Shown in pieces: positions 47,187-59,644 of a stretch of 64,000 nt of DNA (the stretch's first letter is position 1; each line of letters opens with the position of its first letter). Made by a program: the position numbers and the translations under genes. Below the pieces are notes generated by a model. The model made no database searches. It was not told where the DNA came from and saw only the letters and a program-made list of their open reading frames with translations. This DNA is from the human T2T-CHM13v2.0 reference genome, Homo sapiens: assembly GCF_009914755.1 (NCBI RefSeq), contig NC_060930.1; one strand, written 5' to 3'.

Positions 47187-50009
47187 GGAACTTCCAGTCT
47201 CAGCACTGACTGCTAAAGAGCTTGGAAGTAATCACATCTATTCTTACAAAAAAACAAAACAAAACACAACAAAAAACACCAACAAAGTTACTTACAGCCA
47301 TCAGAGAACTGAGACCACAGGGTAAATCACCACTTTGGAAAGACAGGCCAACACAGAGAATTATACCAGAGATACCTTACCTGAAGCAGAACCTACTGGA
47401 TCCATAAACTAACAGGAAAGATTAAATAGTAATTTTGACAAATTTTGGGAGGCTTAAGAGTTCTTGAGGTCTCAATCTCAGGGATACCCCACACTTCCAA
47501 GGGTTTTAACTGCAAGAATTACTCCAAATCCTCATGGTGAAGATCTGAGAACAATTCCCTCAAATTGTGAGCCAGGGGAGAGGAAAGCTAATCATGTTGA
47601 AATACACTGAAAGTAATATTCACAACAAAGTCCTACTCCCCAAGATAAGCCTATTTCTCAGAGCCTTATCCCACTGGGGGAAGGGCAATTGCCAAGCTGT
47701 AGCCCACTGTGGCTCTGTCTCACCTAAAGAGAGGTTGAAAAAGCTGAGAAACATTCTGAAGTCACAGCCTAGGGATTCACTCCCACTAAAATATTGAGAT
47801 TTAATCATAGAATCATACAATGTTCCCCTCCTCTCCACCTTACCACGGTATCAATAGGGCTCCAGTATAACAGTGGATTAGAACTGAAAGAGCAATAAGA
47901 CACAGCTTCTATTTAAGAAGTAATACTTATAGAAAAACAGAGGGATCAGGAGAGAAACATAAACAAGGTCAGCAAAGGAAACAAGTTTCTAACACCAATG
48001 GCCACAAAAAACATTAATCATTAATATCATCTAGCTCAAAAACATTAATACAGTCTAGCTCCTAGCCAGAATAACACACCACCTGACACTGAAAGCCTAT
48101 TTGGCTCAGTTTCTATTATCCAAATAATTAAATAATACTTCACACGAAAATGTTACAACAAGATATGAAAAAGGCAAGAGAAAAACACAATCTGAAGAGA
48201 CAAAGCAAACATCAGGATTGGACTCAAATATGACACAGATTTGGAAATTATTAGATGAAAAATTTAAAATTAATTTGAATTAATACATATTTACTATGTT
48301 AAGTTTTCCAATAAAAAATAGACAACATGTAAGAACAGATGGATAATGTAAGCAGAGATGGATAATGTAAGAAAGAATGGAAAGAAAATGGTAAAAATAA
48401 AAAATGCTAACAGATACAAATAATGCCTATGCTGCTGTTATCAGTAGAGTAGATATGGCCAAGGAAAGAATCAGTGAGTTTGACAGCCCAAACTGAAGTG
48501 TAAAGAGAAAAAACATTTAAAAAAACGTATTCAAGAACTAAGGCCCGATGCCAAAAAAAAAAAAAATGTATAACATATGTGTAATTGAAATACGCAAAGC
48601 AGAAAAAAAGAGAGAAAAAGGAGAAGCTAAAATACTTAAAATGCTAAATGACGAGTTAATGGGTGCAGCACACTAACATGGCACATGTATACATATGTAA
48701 CAAACCTGCACGTTGTGCACATGTACCCTAAAACTTAAAAGTATAATAATAATAAAATAAAATGAAAAAAATAAAAATAAATAAATAAATAAGCATTGCT
48801 GAGCCTCTAAAAAAAAAGAAATAATGTCCAACAATTTTCCAAAATTAATGAGACATTAAACCACAGATCTGAGAATTTCAGAGAATTCCAAGCATAAGAA
48901 ATACCACAAGAATACACACATAGGCATGCCATATTCAAACTGCAGAAAAACAAAGTAAAACCAAAAATCTTAGAAGACGACAGAGGACGAAAAAGCCACA
49001 TTACATGTAAAAGAAAAAGGGTACATAATACACCAGAATTTTCACCAGAAACCATACAAGCAAGTAAAGAGTACAGTGAGATATATAAAGTGTTGAAAGA
49101 AAAACCTCACCAATACAGATATTTTTATCTATTGAAATTACCCTTCAAGGCTGAAGGAGAAATACTTTGTCAGATAAGCAAAATCTTAGGGATTTTTGTG
49201 TCAGTACAACAGGCCTGTAAGAAATGTTTAAAAATGTTCTTTGTAGAGAAGAAAAATGATACAGGTCAGAACCTTAGATCAAAGATCAGCAAAGAAGAAA
49301 CAAAGACAAAGATAATTTTTAAAAATTCTTAATTGTTCTAATATGCAACTGTCTATTTAAAGTAATAGTAGTAATTATATAGTGGGTAATTGTGGAATAC
49401 ATATAAGTGAAATGAATGACAGCAATATGATGAGGACAGGAGTGTAAAATTGCTAATACTCTGGTATAAAGTTCCTGTACTACTCATGAAGTATCATAGT
49501 GAGAGTAAACTTAAATTTCTTATAAATGCTTATTACAAGCCCCAGTACCCTAAAATATTTTAAAAGTATAATTAATATGCTTAGGGAATAAAATGGAATT
49601 GTATATTATCTGCAATCGAAACTGGAAAGGGTAGAAAAGAGAAGAAAAACAAAAGAAATGAAAGAACTAGTATAATAAGTAGAAAAGCTACAAACATGGT
49701 AAATATTAACTATATCAATAATACTTTTCAATGTGAATGGTCTATATGCACCAATACAGAAGCTGAGATCAACAAAGATTTAAAGAAAAGATCAAACTCT
49801 ATGTTGTCTGCGAGAAATCCACTTTAAATATAAAGACAAAGATAGGTTAAAAGTAAATGAATGAAGAAAGATATATCGTGACAACACCAGCCAAAATAAA
49901 GTTGGAGTAGTTTATTACACTAAGATAAGGAAGGCTTCCAAATAGGTAATATTATCAAGGATAAGGAGAGGGGCATACAATTATCAAGGGTTGATTATTT
50001 AAAAATACA
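47187..50009 (+). mobile_element. Old L1M (L1MC/MD-type) 5'UTR-ORF1-start of ORF2 (left part)
   Basis: ORF1 remnants (GAGAATTTCAGAGAATTCCAAGC; CACCAGAAACCATACAAGC) and EN start (AATGTGAATGG; TGTTGTCTGCGAGAAATCCACTTT). Confidence 0.75.
48640..48817 (+). mobile_element. Very short L1PA 3' end with a possible 16-bp 3' transduction
   Basis: AATGCTAAATGACGAGTTAATGGGTGCAGC...A-rich tail, then GCATTGCTGAGCCTCT and A9. Confidence 0.85.
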
Positions 50010-50019
50010 TTTTTTGAAA

Positions 50020-52260
50020 GAATTTATTTATATATTTATTTATTTTAATTTCAATAGCTTTAGAAGTACAAGTGGTTTTTGATTACATGGATGAATTGTA
50101 TAGTGGTGAAGTCCAAGATTTCAGTGAACCAGAAACCCAAGTTGTGTACATTATACCCAATAGGTAGTTTTTCATTCCTCCCCCATCACTCTCCCCTCTT
50201 CTGAGTCTCCCATGTCCATTATACCACTCTATATGTCTTTGTGAACCCATAGCTTATCTCCTGCTTATAAGCAAGAATATGTGATATTTGGTTTTCACTT
50301 CCTGAGTTACTTCACTTAGAATAATGGCCTTCAGTTCCATTCAAGTTGTTGCAAAAGAAATTGTTTTGTTCTTTTTATGGCTGACTAGACACACACACAC
50401 ACACACGTGGAACAGAATAGAAAATCCATAAATAAAGCCAAATATATATGTAGATAAAAATGTTCTTTGTCAAGGATCAGTTGGTTGATTTGGCTTTATT
50501 TAAGGGGTTTTTTATTCCCTTCCATTAGACCATGACTTTTATGCCAGTGCCATGCTGTTTTGGTTTTTATAGCTGTGTAGCATAGTTTGAAGTCAGATAA
50601 TGTGATGTCTCCAGATTTGTTCTTTTTGCTTAGGGTTGCATTGGCTATTGGGCTCCTTTTTGGTTCCATATAAATTTTAGGATTGTTTTTTCTAATTCTG
50701 TGAAAAATTATAGTGGCATTTTGATAGGAATTGTATTGAATCTGTAGATTGCTTTGGGCAATACGGTTGTTTTCAAAATATTTACTCTTCCAATCCATGA
50801 GCATGGGATATATTTCCATTTGTGTCATCTATGATTTCTTTCAGCAGTGTTTTGTATTCTCCTTCTAGAGATTTTTAACCTCCTTGGTTAAGTATATTCA
50901 AAGGTGTTTTTTTTTTAAGCTATTGTAAAAGAAATTAAGTTCTTAGTTGGATTCTCTGCTTGGTTGTTCTTGGTATATAGCAGTGCTACTGATTTGTGTA
51001 CATTGATCTTGCAACCTGACATCTCACTAAACTCATTTATCAGGTCTAGGAGTCTTTTGGAGGAGTCCTTGGCGATTTCTATGTATAAGATTATATGATC
51101 AACAAACAGACATAGTTTGGCTTCCTCTTTTCCAATTTAGATGCCCTTTATTTATTCCTGCCTGACTGCTCTGGCTAAGACTTCTGGTACTATTTTTGTC
51201 TTGCTCCAGTTCTTAGTGAGAATGCTTTCAACTTTTCCCTATTTAGGGTGATGTTGGCTGTGGGTTTGTCATATACAGCTTTTATTATTTTGAGGTATGT
51301 TCCTTCTATGCCTAGTTTTTTGAGGGTTTTTATCATAAAGCAATGCTGGCTTTTATTAAATGCTTTTTCTGCATCCATTGAGATAATCATATCATTTTTG
51401 TTTTTAATTCGGTTTATGTGATGGATCACATTTATTGATTTACATATGTTGAACTATCTCTGCATCATTGGAATGAAATTTACTTGATCATGGTGAATTA
51501 TTATTTTTTGATATGCTGCTGGATTCAGTTTGCTAGTATTTTGTTGAGGATTCTGGCATCTATATTAATCAGGCACATTGGTCTGTAGATTGTTGTTGTT
51601 GTTGTAATGTCCTTTCTGGGCTCTGGTATCAGGGCAATAGTGGCTTCACAGAATGAGTTAGGAAGGGTTCCTTCCTTCTCAATCTTTTGTAATAGTTTCT
51701 TTAGAATTAGTCCCTATTCTTCCTGAAATATCTAGTAGAATTTGGCTGTGAATCTCTCTGGCTCTGTGATTTTTCTTGCTGGTAGATTTTTTTTTGTTGT
51801 TTAAATTACTGATTTAATCTTACTGCTTGTTATTTGTCAGTTCAGGATTTCTATTTCTTCCTGATGAAAGCTAGGGGAGTTGTATGTTTCCAGGAATTTA
51901 TCAATTTCTTCTAGATTTTCTAGTTTGTGTTCCTAGAGGTGTTCGTAGCAGAGTTGAATGATCCTTTGCATTTTTCAGGTGTCAGCTGTAATGTCTCCAT
52001 TTTTATTTCTAGTTGAACTTATTTGAATCTTCTCTTTTCTTGCTTAATCTAGCTAGTGGTCTATCAATTTTGTTTATCTTTTTGTTTCATTGATTTTTTT
52101 GTATTGTTTGTTTTTTCTTCTTTTTGATTCAGTTTCTTTAGATCTGCTCTGATTTTTGATGTTTATTTTCTTCTGCTAGCTTTGGGTTAGATTTGTTTTT
52201 GTTTCTCTAGTTCCTTGAGGTATGACATTAGGTTGTTAATTTGGCATCTTTCAGACTTTT
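50020..52260 (-). mobile_element. L1PB4-like element, 3' part
   Basis: TTACATGGATGAATTGTATAGTGGTGAAGTC 3'UTR; antisense ORF2 fragments (ORFs 50496-50828, 51190-51429). Confidence 0.85.
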
Positions 52261-52261
52261 A

Positions 52262-55200
52262 ATAATTTTTTATTTTAATTTCATAGTTGGTATGGTACAG
52301 GTGGTTTGTGGTTACATAGATACATTCCTTAGTGGTGATTTCTGGGATTTTGGTTCACCTGTCAACCGAGCAGTGTACACTGTACCAGATTACGTAGTCT
52401 TTTATCCCTTACTCCTCTCCCATCCTTCCTATCGAGTCCTCAAAGTCTATTATATTATCTTTATGCATTTGCATCCTCATAGTTTAGCTCTCACTTATAA
52501 GTGAGAACATACGATATTTGGTTTTCTATTCCTGAGTTACTTCACTTAGAATAATGGCCTCCAGCTTTATCCAAGTTGCTGTTGTTGCTTTTAATCACAA
52601 AGCAATGCTGGGTTTTACCAAATGGTTTTACTGCATCTATTAACATGATCAAATAACTTTTGTTTTTAATTCTCTTTATGTGATGTTTCACATTTATTGA
52701 CTTGCATATGTGAAACCATCTCTGCATCTGTGGTATGAAACCCACTTGATCATGATGTATTATCTTTTTGATATGCTATTGGATTTGATCAGCTAGCATT
52801 TTGTTGAGGATTTTTGTATCTATGTTTATCAGGGACATTGGTCTCTAGTGTCTGTTGTTGTTATGTCCTTTCCCGGTTTTGGTATTAGGGTGATCCTAAC
52901 TTCATAGAATGATTTAGGGAGGATTCCTTCTTTCTCTATCTTTTAAAATAGTTTTATTGGAATTGGTAGCAATTCTTCTTTGAATGTCTGATATAATTTA
53001 GCTGTGACTCCATCTGGTCCTGGATTTTTTTTATTGGAAATTGTTTTATTACTTATTTAATCTTGCTGCTTGTTATTGGTTTGTTTAGGGTTTCTATTTA
53101 TTCCTGATCTAATCTAAGAGGATTGTATATCTCCAGGAATTTATCCATTTCCTCTAGATTTCTTAGTTTGTGTGTGTAAAGGTGTTCATGATAGTCCGGA
53201 GTGGTCTTTTGTATTTCTGTGGTATCAGTTGTAATATCTCTACTTTCATTTCTAATTGAACTTATTTGGATCATCTCTCTTTTCTTGGTTAATCTCACTA
53301 ATGATCTATCAATTTTGTTTATCTTTTCAAAGGACTAGCTTTCTGTTGCTTTTACTTTTTTTTGTTTGTTTCATTTAGTTCTGCTCTTATCTTTTGTATT
53401 TCTTTTCTTCTGTTGGGTTTGGGTTTAGTTTGTTTTGTTTCTCTAGTTCCTTGAAGTGTGATATTAGATTGTCTATTTGTGCTCTTTCAAACTTTTTGAT
53501 GAAGGCATTAAATGCTATGCATTTTTCTCTTAGCACTGCTTTTGCTGTATCCCAGAAGTTTTGATAAGTGGTGTCACTATTATCATTCATTTCAAATATT
53601 TTTTAAACTTCCATCTTGATTTCATTGTTAATCCCCAAATCATTCCAGAACAGATTATTTAATAGGTTGGTGCAAAAATAGTTGGTATTAGGGTGATTCT
53701 GGCTTCATAGAATTATTTAGGGGGGATTCTCTCTTTCTCTATCTTTTAAAATAGTTTTATTAGGATTGGTACCAATTCTGCTTTGAAGGCCTGATAGAAT
53801 TTAGCTGTGAATCCAAAGATTGGTTGGATCCACGTTTGAATTAGGTTGGTTGGTGCCATTACTTTTCATGTCAAAAAACAATTATTTTTGTGCCAGGCTA
53901 ATAATTTCCATGTATTGGTATAGTTTTGAGGTTCCTTTTGGAGTTGATTTTGAGTTTTATTCCACTGTTGTCTGAAAAGATGCTTTATATAATTTTAATT
54001 TTCTTAAATTTATTGAGACTTGTTTTGTGGCCTATCACATGGTCTATCTTGGAGAATGTTCCATGTGCTGATGAGAAAAATGTATATTCTTCAGATTTGG
54101 GGAATATTCTGTAAATATCTCTTAAGTTCATTTGTTCTAGGGTACAGTTTAAGTTGATTTTTTTCTTTGTTTACTTTCTGTCTTAATGACCTGTCTAGTG
54201 CTGTCAGTGGAGTATTGGAGTCCCCCACTATTATTGTGTTTCTATCTCATTCCTTAGGTCTAAGAAGTAATTGTTTTATAAATTTGAAAGCTCTAGTGTT
54301 AGATGCACATAAATTTAGGATTGTAATATCTTCGTACTGGACTACTTTTTTTATCATTATATAATTTCCTTCTTTTTTTTTTTTTTTTTTTACTGTTGTT
54401 GCTTTAAAGTCTGTTTTTTTCTTACATAAGAATAGGTACTCCTGCTGACTTTTGGTTTAAATTTCTGTGTAATATCTTTTTCTGCCCCTATACTTTATGT
54501 TTATGTGAGTCCTTATGTGTTAGATGAGTCTCTTGAAGGCAGCAGATATTTGGGTGGTGGTTTTTTAAATTTATTCTGGCATTCTGTTATCTTTTAAGTA
54601 GAGCATTTAGGCCATTTACATTCAACATTAATATTGAGCTGTAGGTACCTCTGCATTCATCATGTTAATTGTTGCCTAGATACTTTGTTTTTTTTTTTAT
54701 TGTTTTTTTTTTTGTAGGCCTAGTGAAATTTATGCATTATGAAGTTTCCTTTGTGGTGTATATCGAGCTTTTGCTTGAAGATTCAGAACTCCTTGTAGCA
54801 TTTTTTGTGGGGCTAGCCTGGTAGTGACAAATTCCCTCAGCATTTATTTGTCTGAAAAAGACTTTCTCTTTCATTCATAAAGCTTAGGTTTGCTGGATAC
54901 AAAATTCTTCACTGAAAATAATCTTGTTTAAGGAGGCTAAAGTTAGGACCCCAATCCCTTCTGGCTTGGAAGGCTTCTACTGAGAAATCTGCTATTAGTT
55001 TGATAGGTTTTAACTTTACAGGTTACCTGATACTTTTGTCTCACAGCTCTTGAGATTCCTTCCTTGGTCTTGACTTTAGATAGCCTGATGACAATGGGCC
55101 TTTGTGATGATCTTTTTTCAGTGAATTCCCCAAGTGTTCTTTGAGCTTCTTGTATTTGGATGTCTACATCTCTACCAAGACCAGGAAAGTTTTCCTCAAT

Positions 55201-58200
55201 TATTCCCTCAAATAATTTTTCCAAACTTTGAGACTTCTCCCTCAGGAACACCAATTTTTCAAAGGTTTGGCTGTTTTACATAATCCCATATTTCTTGGAG
55301 ACTTTGTTCATTTTTTAAATTATTTTTTCTTCGTCTTTATATGATTGGGTTAATCCAAAAGCCTTGTCATTGAGGTCTGAAATTCATCTAGTTCTAGTCT
55401 TGCTCTAGTCTATTGTTGAAACCTTTCACTGCATTTTATATTTTCCTAATTATATATTTGATTTCCAGAAGTTCTGATTTTTTTTAATAATATATATTTC
55501 TCTGGACAGTTTTTCATTTATATCCTGGATTTTTAAAAATTTATTTAAGCTGCTTTTTACCTTTCTATGGTATCTCCTTGAGTAGCTTAATAATCAACCC
55601 TCTGAATTCTTTATCTGGCATTTCAGAGATTTCTTCATGGTTTGGGTCCATTGCTGCGGAGCTAGTGTGATCTTTTGGGGGTGTTATAGAACCATATTTT
55701 GTCATATTACCAGAATTACTTTTTGACTTCTCATTTGGGTAGATTATTTCTTAAAGTTGTTCTTAAATTTTTTATTGGACTGTGTTTATTTTTTATTTTT
55801 CTTTCTTATAAATCTAAGTTTAACGTTTATAGTACATTTTAGGCTAATTTGATTCTTGGTGTTTAAAGGGTGAATACTCTGTATGAGTTTTTTAGTTATA
55901 GAGGCTCTTTGTATACTGACTTTCCCAGATGCTGTTTGTAGTAGTTATGTACTTGGTGTGTGGGCAAGTACACTGTCTTTTATGGGGTTGAAATGGCAAG
56001 AATCTTTTGAAGCTTATCTCATTCTTTCACTGTGTACACTGTATTTATTTATTTAATTTATCCCCAGTATTTTATTTACTCAGTCAATGATTCAGGCATC
56101 AGGCCAATAGGGAGGCATCCCTGGGTAGGCAATGGTTATAAATAAGGCAAGTGGGTAGATATAATATCCAATGGTGGGGAGATGTACTAGCCTTGATGAA
56201 AGCCGCTGGGGGTGCTCTCAATTAGATATGCTGAGGTTTTATCAGAGTGAAGAGTGGGAGCTACCTTAGCTCCCCTGCCATGCCAGGAAGGAAAGCTATC
56301 CACTTCACAGCCTCACTCCTATCCCAGTATTCTGGTTATTCATATCAGACAGGTACCTCTTTTCATCCTTAGAAATGTTGATTTTCCAAGTAGGGAGAAA
56401 CTGTGATTCTGCCTTTTGTTCAGATCTGAATCTGGGGAGTGCTCCTCCTGTGGGGCTTCCATCACACTGAAATGCTCCAGAAAGGCTGTCTAAAGGTGTA
56501 TCCACGCTGTGTTTTTGGAGAGAATCCCCAGCTGTCTCTTCAATGGTGTACTGCAGGGGAAAAAGGACCCCCTCTTTAAGGCCCTTCACAATCACAGAGA
56601 TTGCCCGCCTATTAGGATAGAGGTGCAGACTTTCCCTACTGCACCCAGCACTACAATTGTGTCTCTGCTGTAAGAAACTTCCCACTAGACTCAAGGCCTG
56701 CCGTTCAGATTCTTTTGTCCCATGGGATGTTCCCTTGATGCGGTGCTCTCCCTCTTCCCCTATGAATAGGGCTTCCTTAGAGCTGAACTACAGTGCTTAT
56801 TATCACTCTTCTGGGTCTAGCCACTCAGTGGGGCTATCTGGCTTTTCAGGTCTCCTAGCAGCAGATACCAGCACTTGCTCTGATGGAGGTGGCAGGGGAG
56901 TGACATAGACTCTGTGAGAATTCTTGGTTGTAGATAGACTTAGTGTGTGGGCTTTCTAGAATGCTGGTTGTTTTAGTAGTGAACTTGTCACATGGACAGA
57001 GTCAGGACTTTTGATTAGCAAGCAGTGATGTTAGCTGAGACCCTGCTGCTGTTTTCTCCTTCCTGGGCTCAGTGTTATTCTGACAAGAGGTGCTGTAATT
57101 GCCTGAGTTGGTTGGCCTCCAGCCAGAAGGTGGTGCTTCCAGGAAAACACCAGCTTCAGTAGTAGCGGTGGGATTTGAGCTTGCCCCAAGTTGTCCAGAG
57201 GATGTATTCTGGTTCCTCCGGTGAGAGGTGGGGCCATAAATCTCCCAAAATTGTGTGTCTTTTGTGTTAAGCTACCAGGGAAGGTAAAGAAATACCATCA
57301 GGTGGGGGCAGAGTTAGGTGGTTCTGAGCTCAGACTCTCCTTGGGCGGGGCTTGCTGTGGCCACTGTGGGGGATGGGGTGTGGTTCTCAGGCTGCTGGGA
57401 TAATGTTCCAGAGGGGACTATAACTGCCTCTGCTGTGCAGAAGAGTTTGCAAAGGGAGTGGGGTGTAGACAGCAGCAGTAAGCCTCACCCAGCTCCCATG
57501 AAGTTTGCAAGGCTGGTCTCACTCCCACAGTGCCTTGCTAACAGTGCCAGGTTTAGATCCTGGCAGCTTGCACACAGAACTCAGTACTTCCTCAGTCCAT
57601 AAGCTTCCCCACAGAGATAGCAAACAGGGCTTTCATGCCATGCGCCTCCCCATCTGTCCACAAGGCCAGGAATCCAGCTCCTGTGCTCATGTGTTCAGCA
57701 CACTTCCAGCTTGTCCCTCAGTTCTGTTCAAGGGAGTTCATCCCCACTTGAAATTATAACATAAAATTCAGGTGGGAGGTTCTTTCACCCTGTGATCCCT
57801 CCTTGAGTTTGTTTGCTGACTTCTCTGAAGTCCCCTGTGAGATATAGTCAGGAATGGCTTTCCTGGACTTAAGCTGGAGATTGGGAATTCCTACAAGACA
57901 CTTCCCAATGCTGGGAGTTTCATGCTGCTCCCTAAATCCATTCCAGCTCTGGGTAGGGTTAAGGACTTCTCCCGTGATCTGCATTTTCAGATTCCTCACT
58001 GGGGATGTGTGTTTGAAGGCAAGCTCTCCTCTCACACTCTGGAAACTTACAGTTTTTCACCTGTGTCTTGGAGTAGCTGCAGCATGCTGCTTCTTTCAAA
58101 GGTTCTGTGATTTATTTTGGCTTTCCTGGTCAAGTTCCTTTGGTGATTCTTGGAAAAAAAAAAAACTACAGCATGAATCTCTACCCACTATTCTGTCCTT

Positions 58201-58245
58201 CCAAGTGGGAGAGCATGCTGACACTGCCTCCTGTCCACCATCTTG
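52262..58245 (-). mobile_element. L1PB1-3-like element retaining its 5'UTR, with a large ORF2 deletion at ~52585, nested in L1PB4
   Basis: CTTAGTGGTGATTTCTGGGATTTTGG 3'UTR; ORF2 and ORF1 remnants (54943-55254); long GC-richer 5'UTR ending CCTGTCCACCATCTTG (CAAGATGG YY1-type start on the minus strand). Confidence 0.85.
53662..53901. mobile_element. MADE1 (Hsmar1-derived MITE) with an internal insertion
   Basis: TIR-like ends ATAGGTTGGTGCAAAAATAGTTG and CAATTATTTTTGTGCCAGGCTAA, TA duplication in the host L1; central TGCCATTACTTT. Confidence 0.85.
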
Positions 58246-58259
58246 AAAAAAAAAAAAAG

Positions 58260-59642
58260 TTTCAGTCTTTTTGATGTAGACATTCAGCGCTATAAATCTT
58301 CCTCTTAGCACTGCTTTTTCTGTTTCCCAGAGGTTTGGATAATTTTTATCACTGTAATTGCTCATTTAATTTTTTTAAATTTTCATTTTGATTTTATTAT
58401 TAACCCAATAATCATTTAGGACCAGATTATTTAAGTTTCATATGTTGTATACTTTCAAGGACTCCTTTTAGAATTAATTTCTGGTTTATTCTGCTGTGTT
58501 CTGATAAGATACTTGATATGATTTTGATTTTTTCAAATTTATTGAGACTTGTTTTGTGGCCTACTATATGGTCTATCTTAGAGAATGTTCTATGTGCTGA
58601 TGAGATAAATGTATATTCTTGGGTAGAATGTGTTGTAAATAGCTATGAGGTCTGTTTTTCCTAGAGTGCAGTATATATATATATGAAATACTATATATAT
58701 TATATATATGAAATACTATATGTATTATATATATGAAATATATATGAAATACTATATTATATATATGTTATATATAATATATATAGTATTTCTTTGTTGA
58801 CTTTCTGCCTCGAGGATCTGTCTAGTACTGTGAATGGAGTGGTGAAGATTCCCCATTATTATTGTGTTGCTGCCTATCTCTTTTCTTAGTTCTACTAGTA
58901 ATTGCTTTCTGAAGCTGAGAGCTATGGAGTTAGGTGCATATATATTTAGGATTTTTATATCTTCTTGTTGAATTTATTATTTTATCAATATATAATGATC
59001 TTTTCTGTCATTTTCTACTGTTGTTGATTTAAAGTCTGTTTTATGAAATTTACTTCTCACTTTTGGATTCCATTTGCACAAAATATCACTTTCCACCCCT
59101 TTACATGGAATCTATAAGAATATTTGCTTGTTAGGTGTGTCTCCTGAAGACAGCAGATATTTGGCTTGTATTTTTTTTTTTTTTTTTGTCTCTTTTGTCA
59201 GTCTGTGTCTTTTTAAGAGGATAATTTAGATCATTTACATTCAACATTAATATTAATATGTGAGGATCTGTTTCAATCATCATGTTGACTTTTACCTAGT
59301 AACTTTGTTTTCTGGTTGTGTTATTGTTTTCTAAGCCCTGTGAATTGTATTCTTTCAGAAGTTTCTATTCTGGTGTGTATAGATCTTTTATTTCAAGATT
59401 TAGAACTCCTTTTAGCATTTATTATGGAGCTGATGTAGTACTGATAGATTTCCTCAGCAATTGCTTGTCTGAAAAATAGTCTATTTCTCCTTCATTTATT
59501 AAACTTAGTTTTTCTAGATACAACATTGTTAGCTGACAGTTATTCTATTTAAGGAGAGTATAGACAGGAGTCCAGTACCTTCTGGCTTATAAGATTTCTG
59601 CTGAGAAGTTTACTGTTCATCTGATAAATATGCTTTCCCAGA
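58260..59642 (-). mobile_element. Continuation of the L1PB4-like element (EN region to ORF1 end); TA-rich tract at ~58673-58790
   Basis: Resumes TTCAGTCTTTTTGATGTAGACATT, contiguous with TTCAGACTTTT at 52250-52260. Confidence 0.8.
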
Positions 59643-59644
59643 CG

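Noticed and set aside
48337-48371. AGATGGATAATGTAAG repeated with 19-bp period
   Set aside because: Local slippage duplication in a decayed L1 ORF1; no wider significance.
56305-58246. Cluster of 60-130 aa ORFs in GC-richer DNA
   Set aside because: Lies in the L1PB 5'UTR; no recognisable protein.
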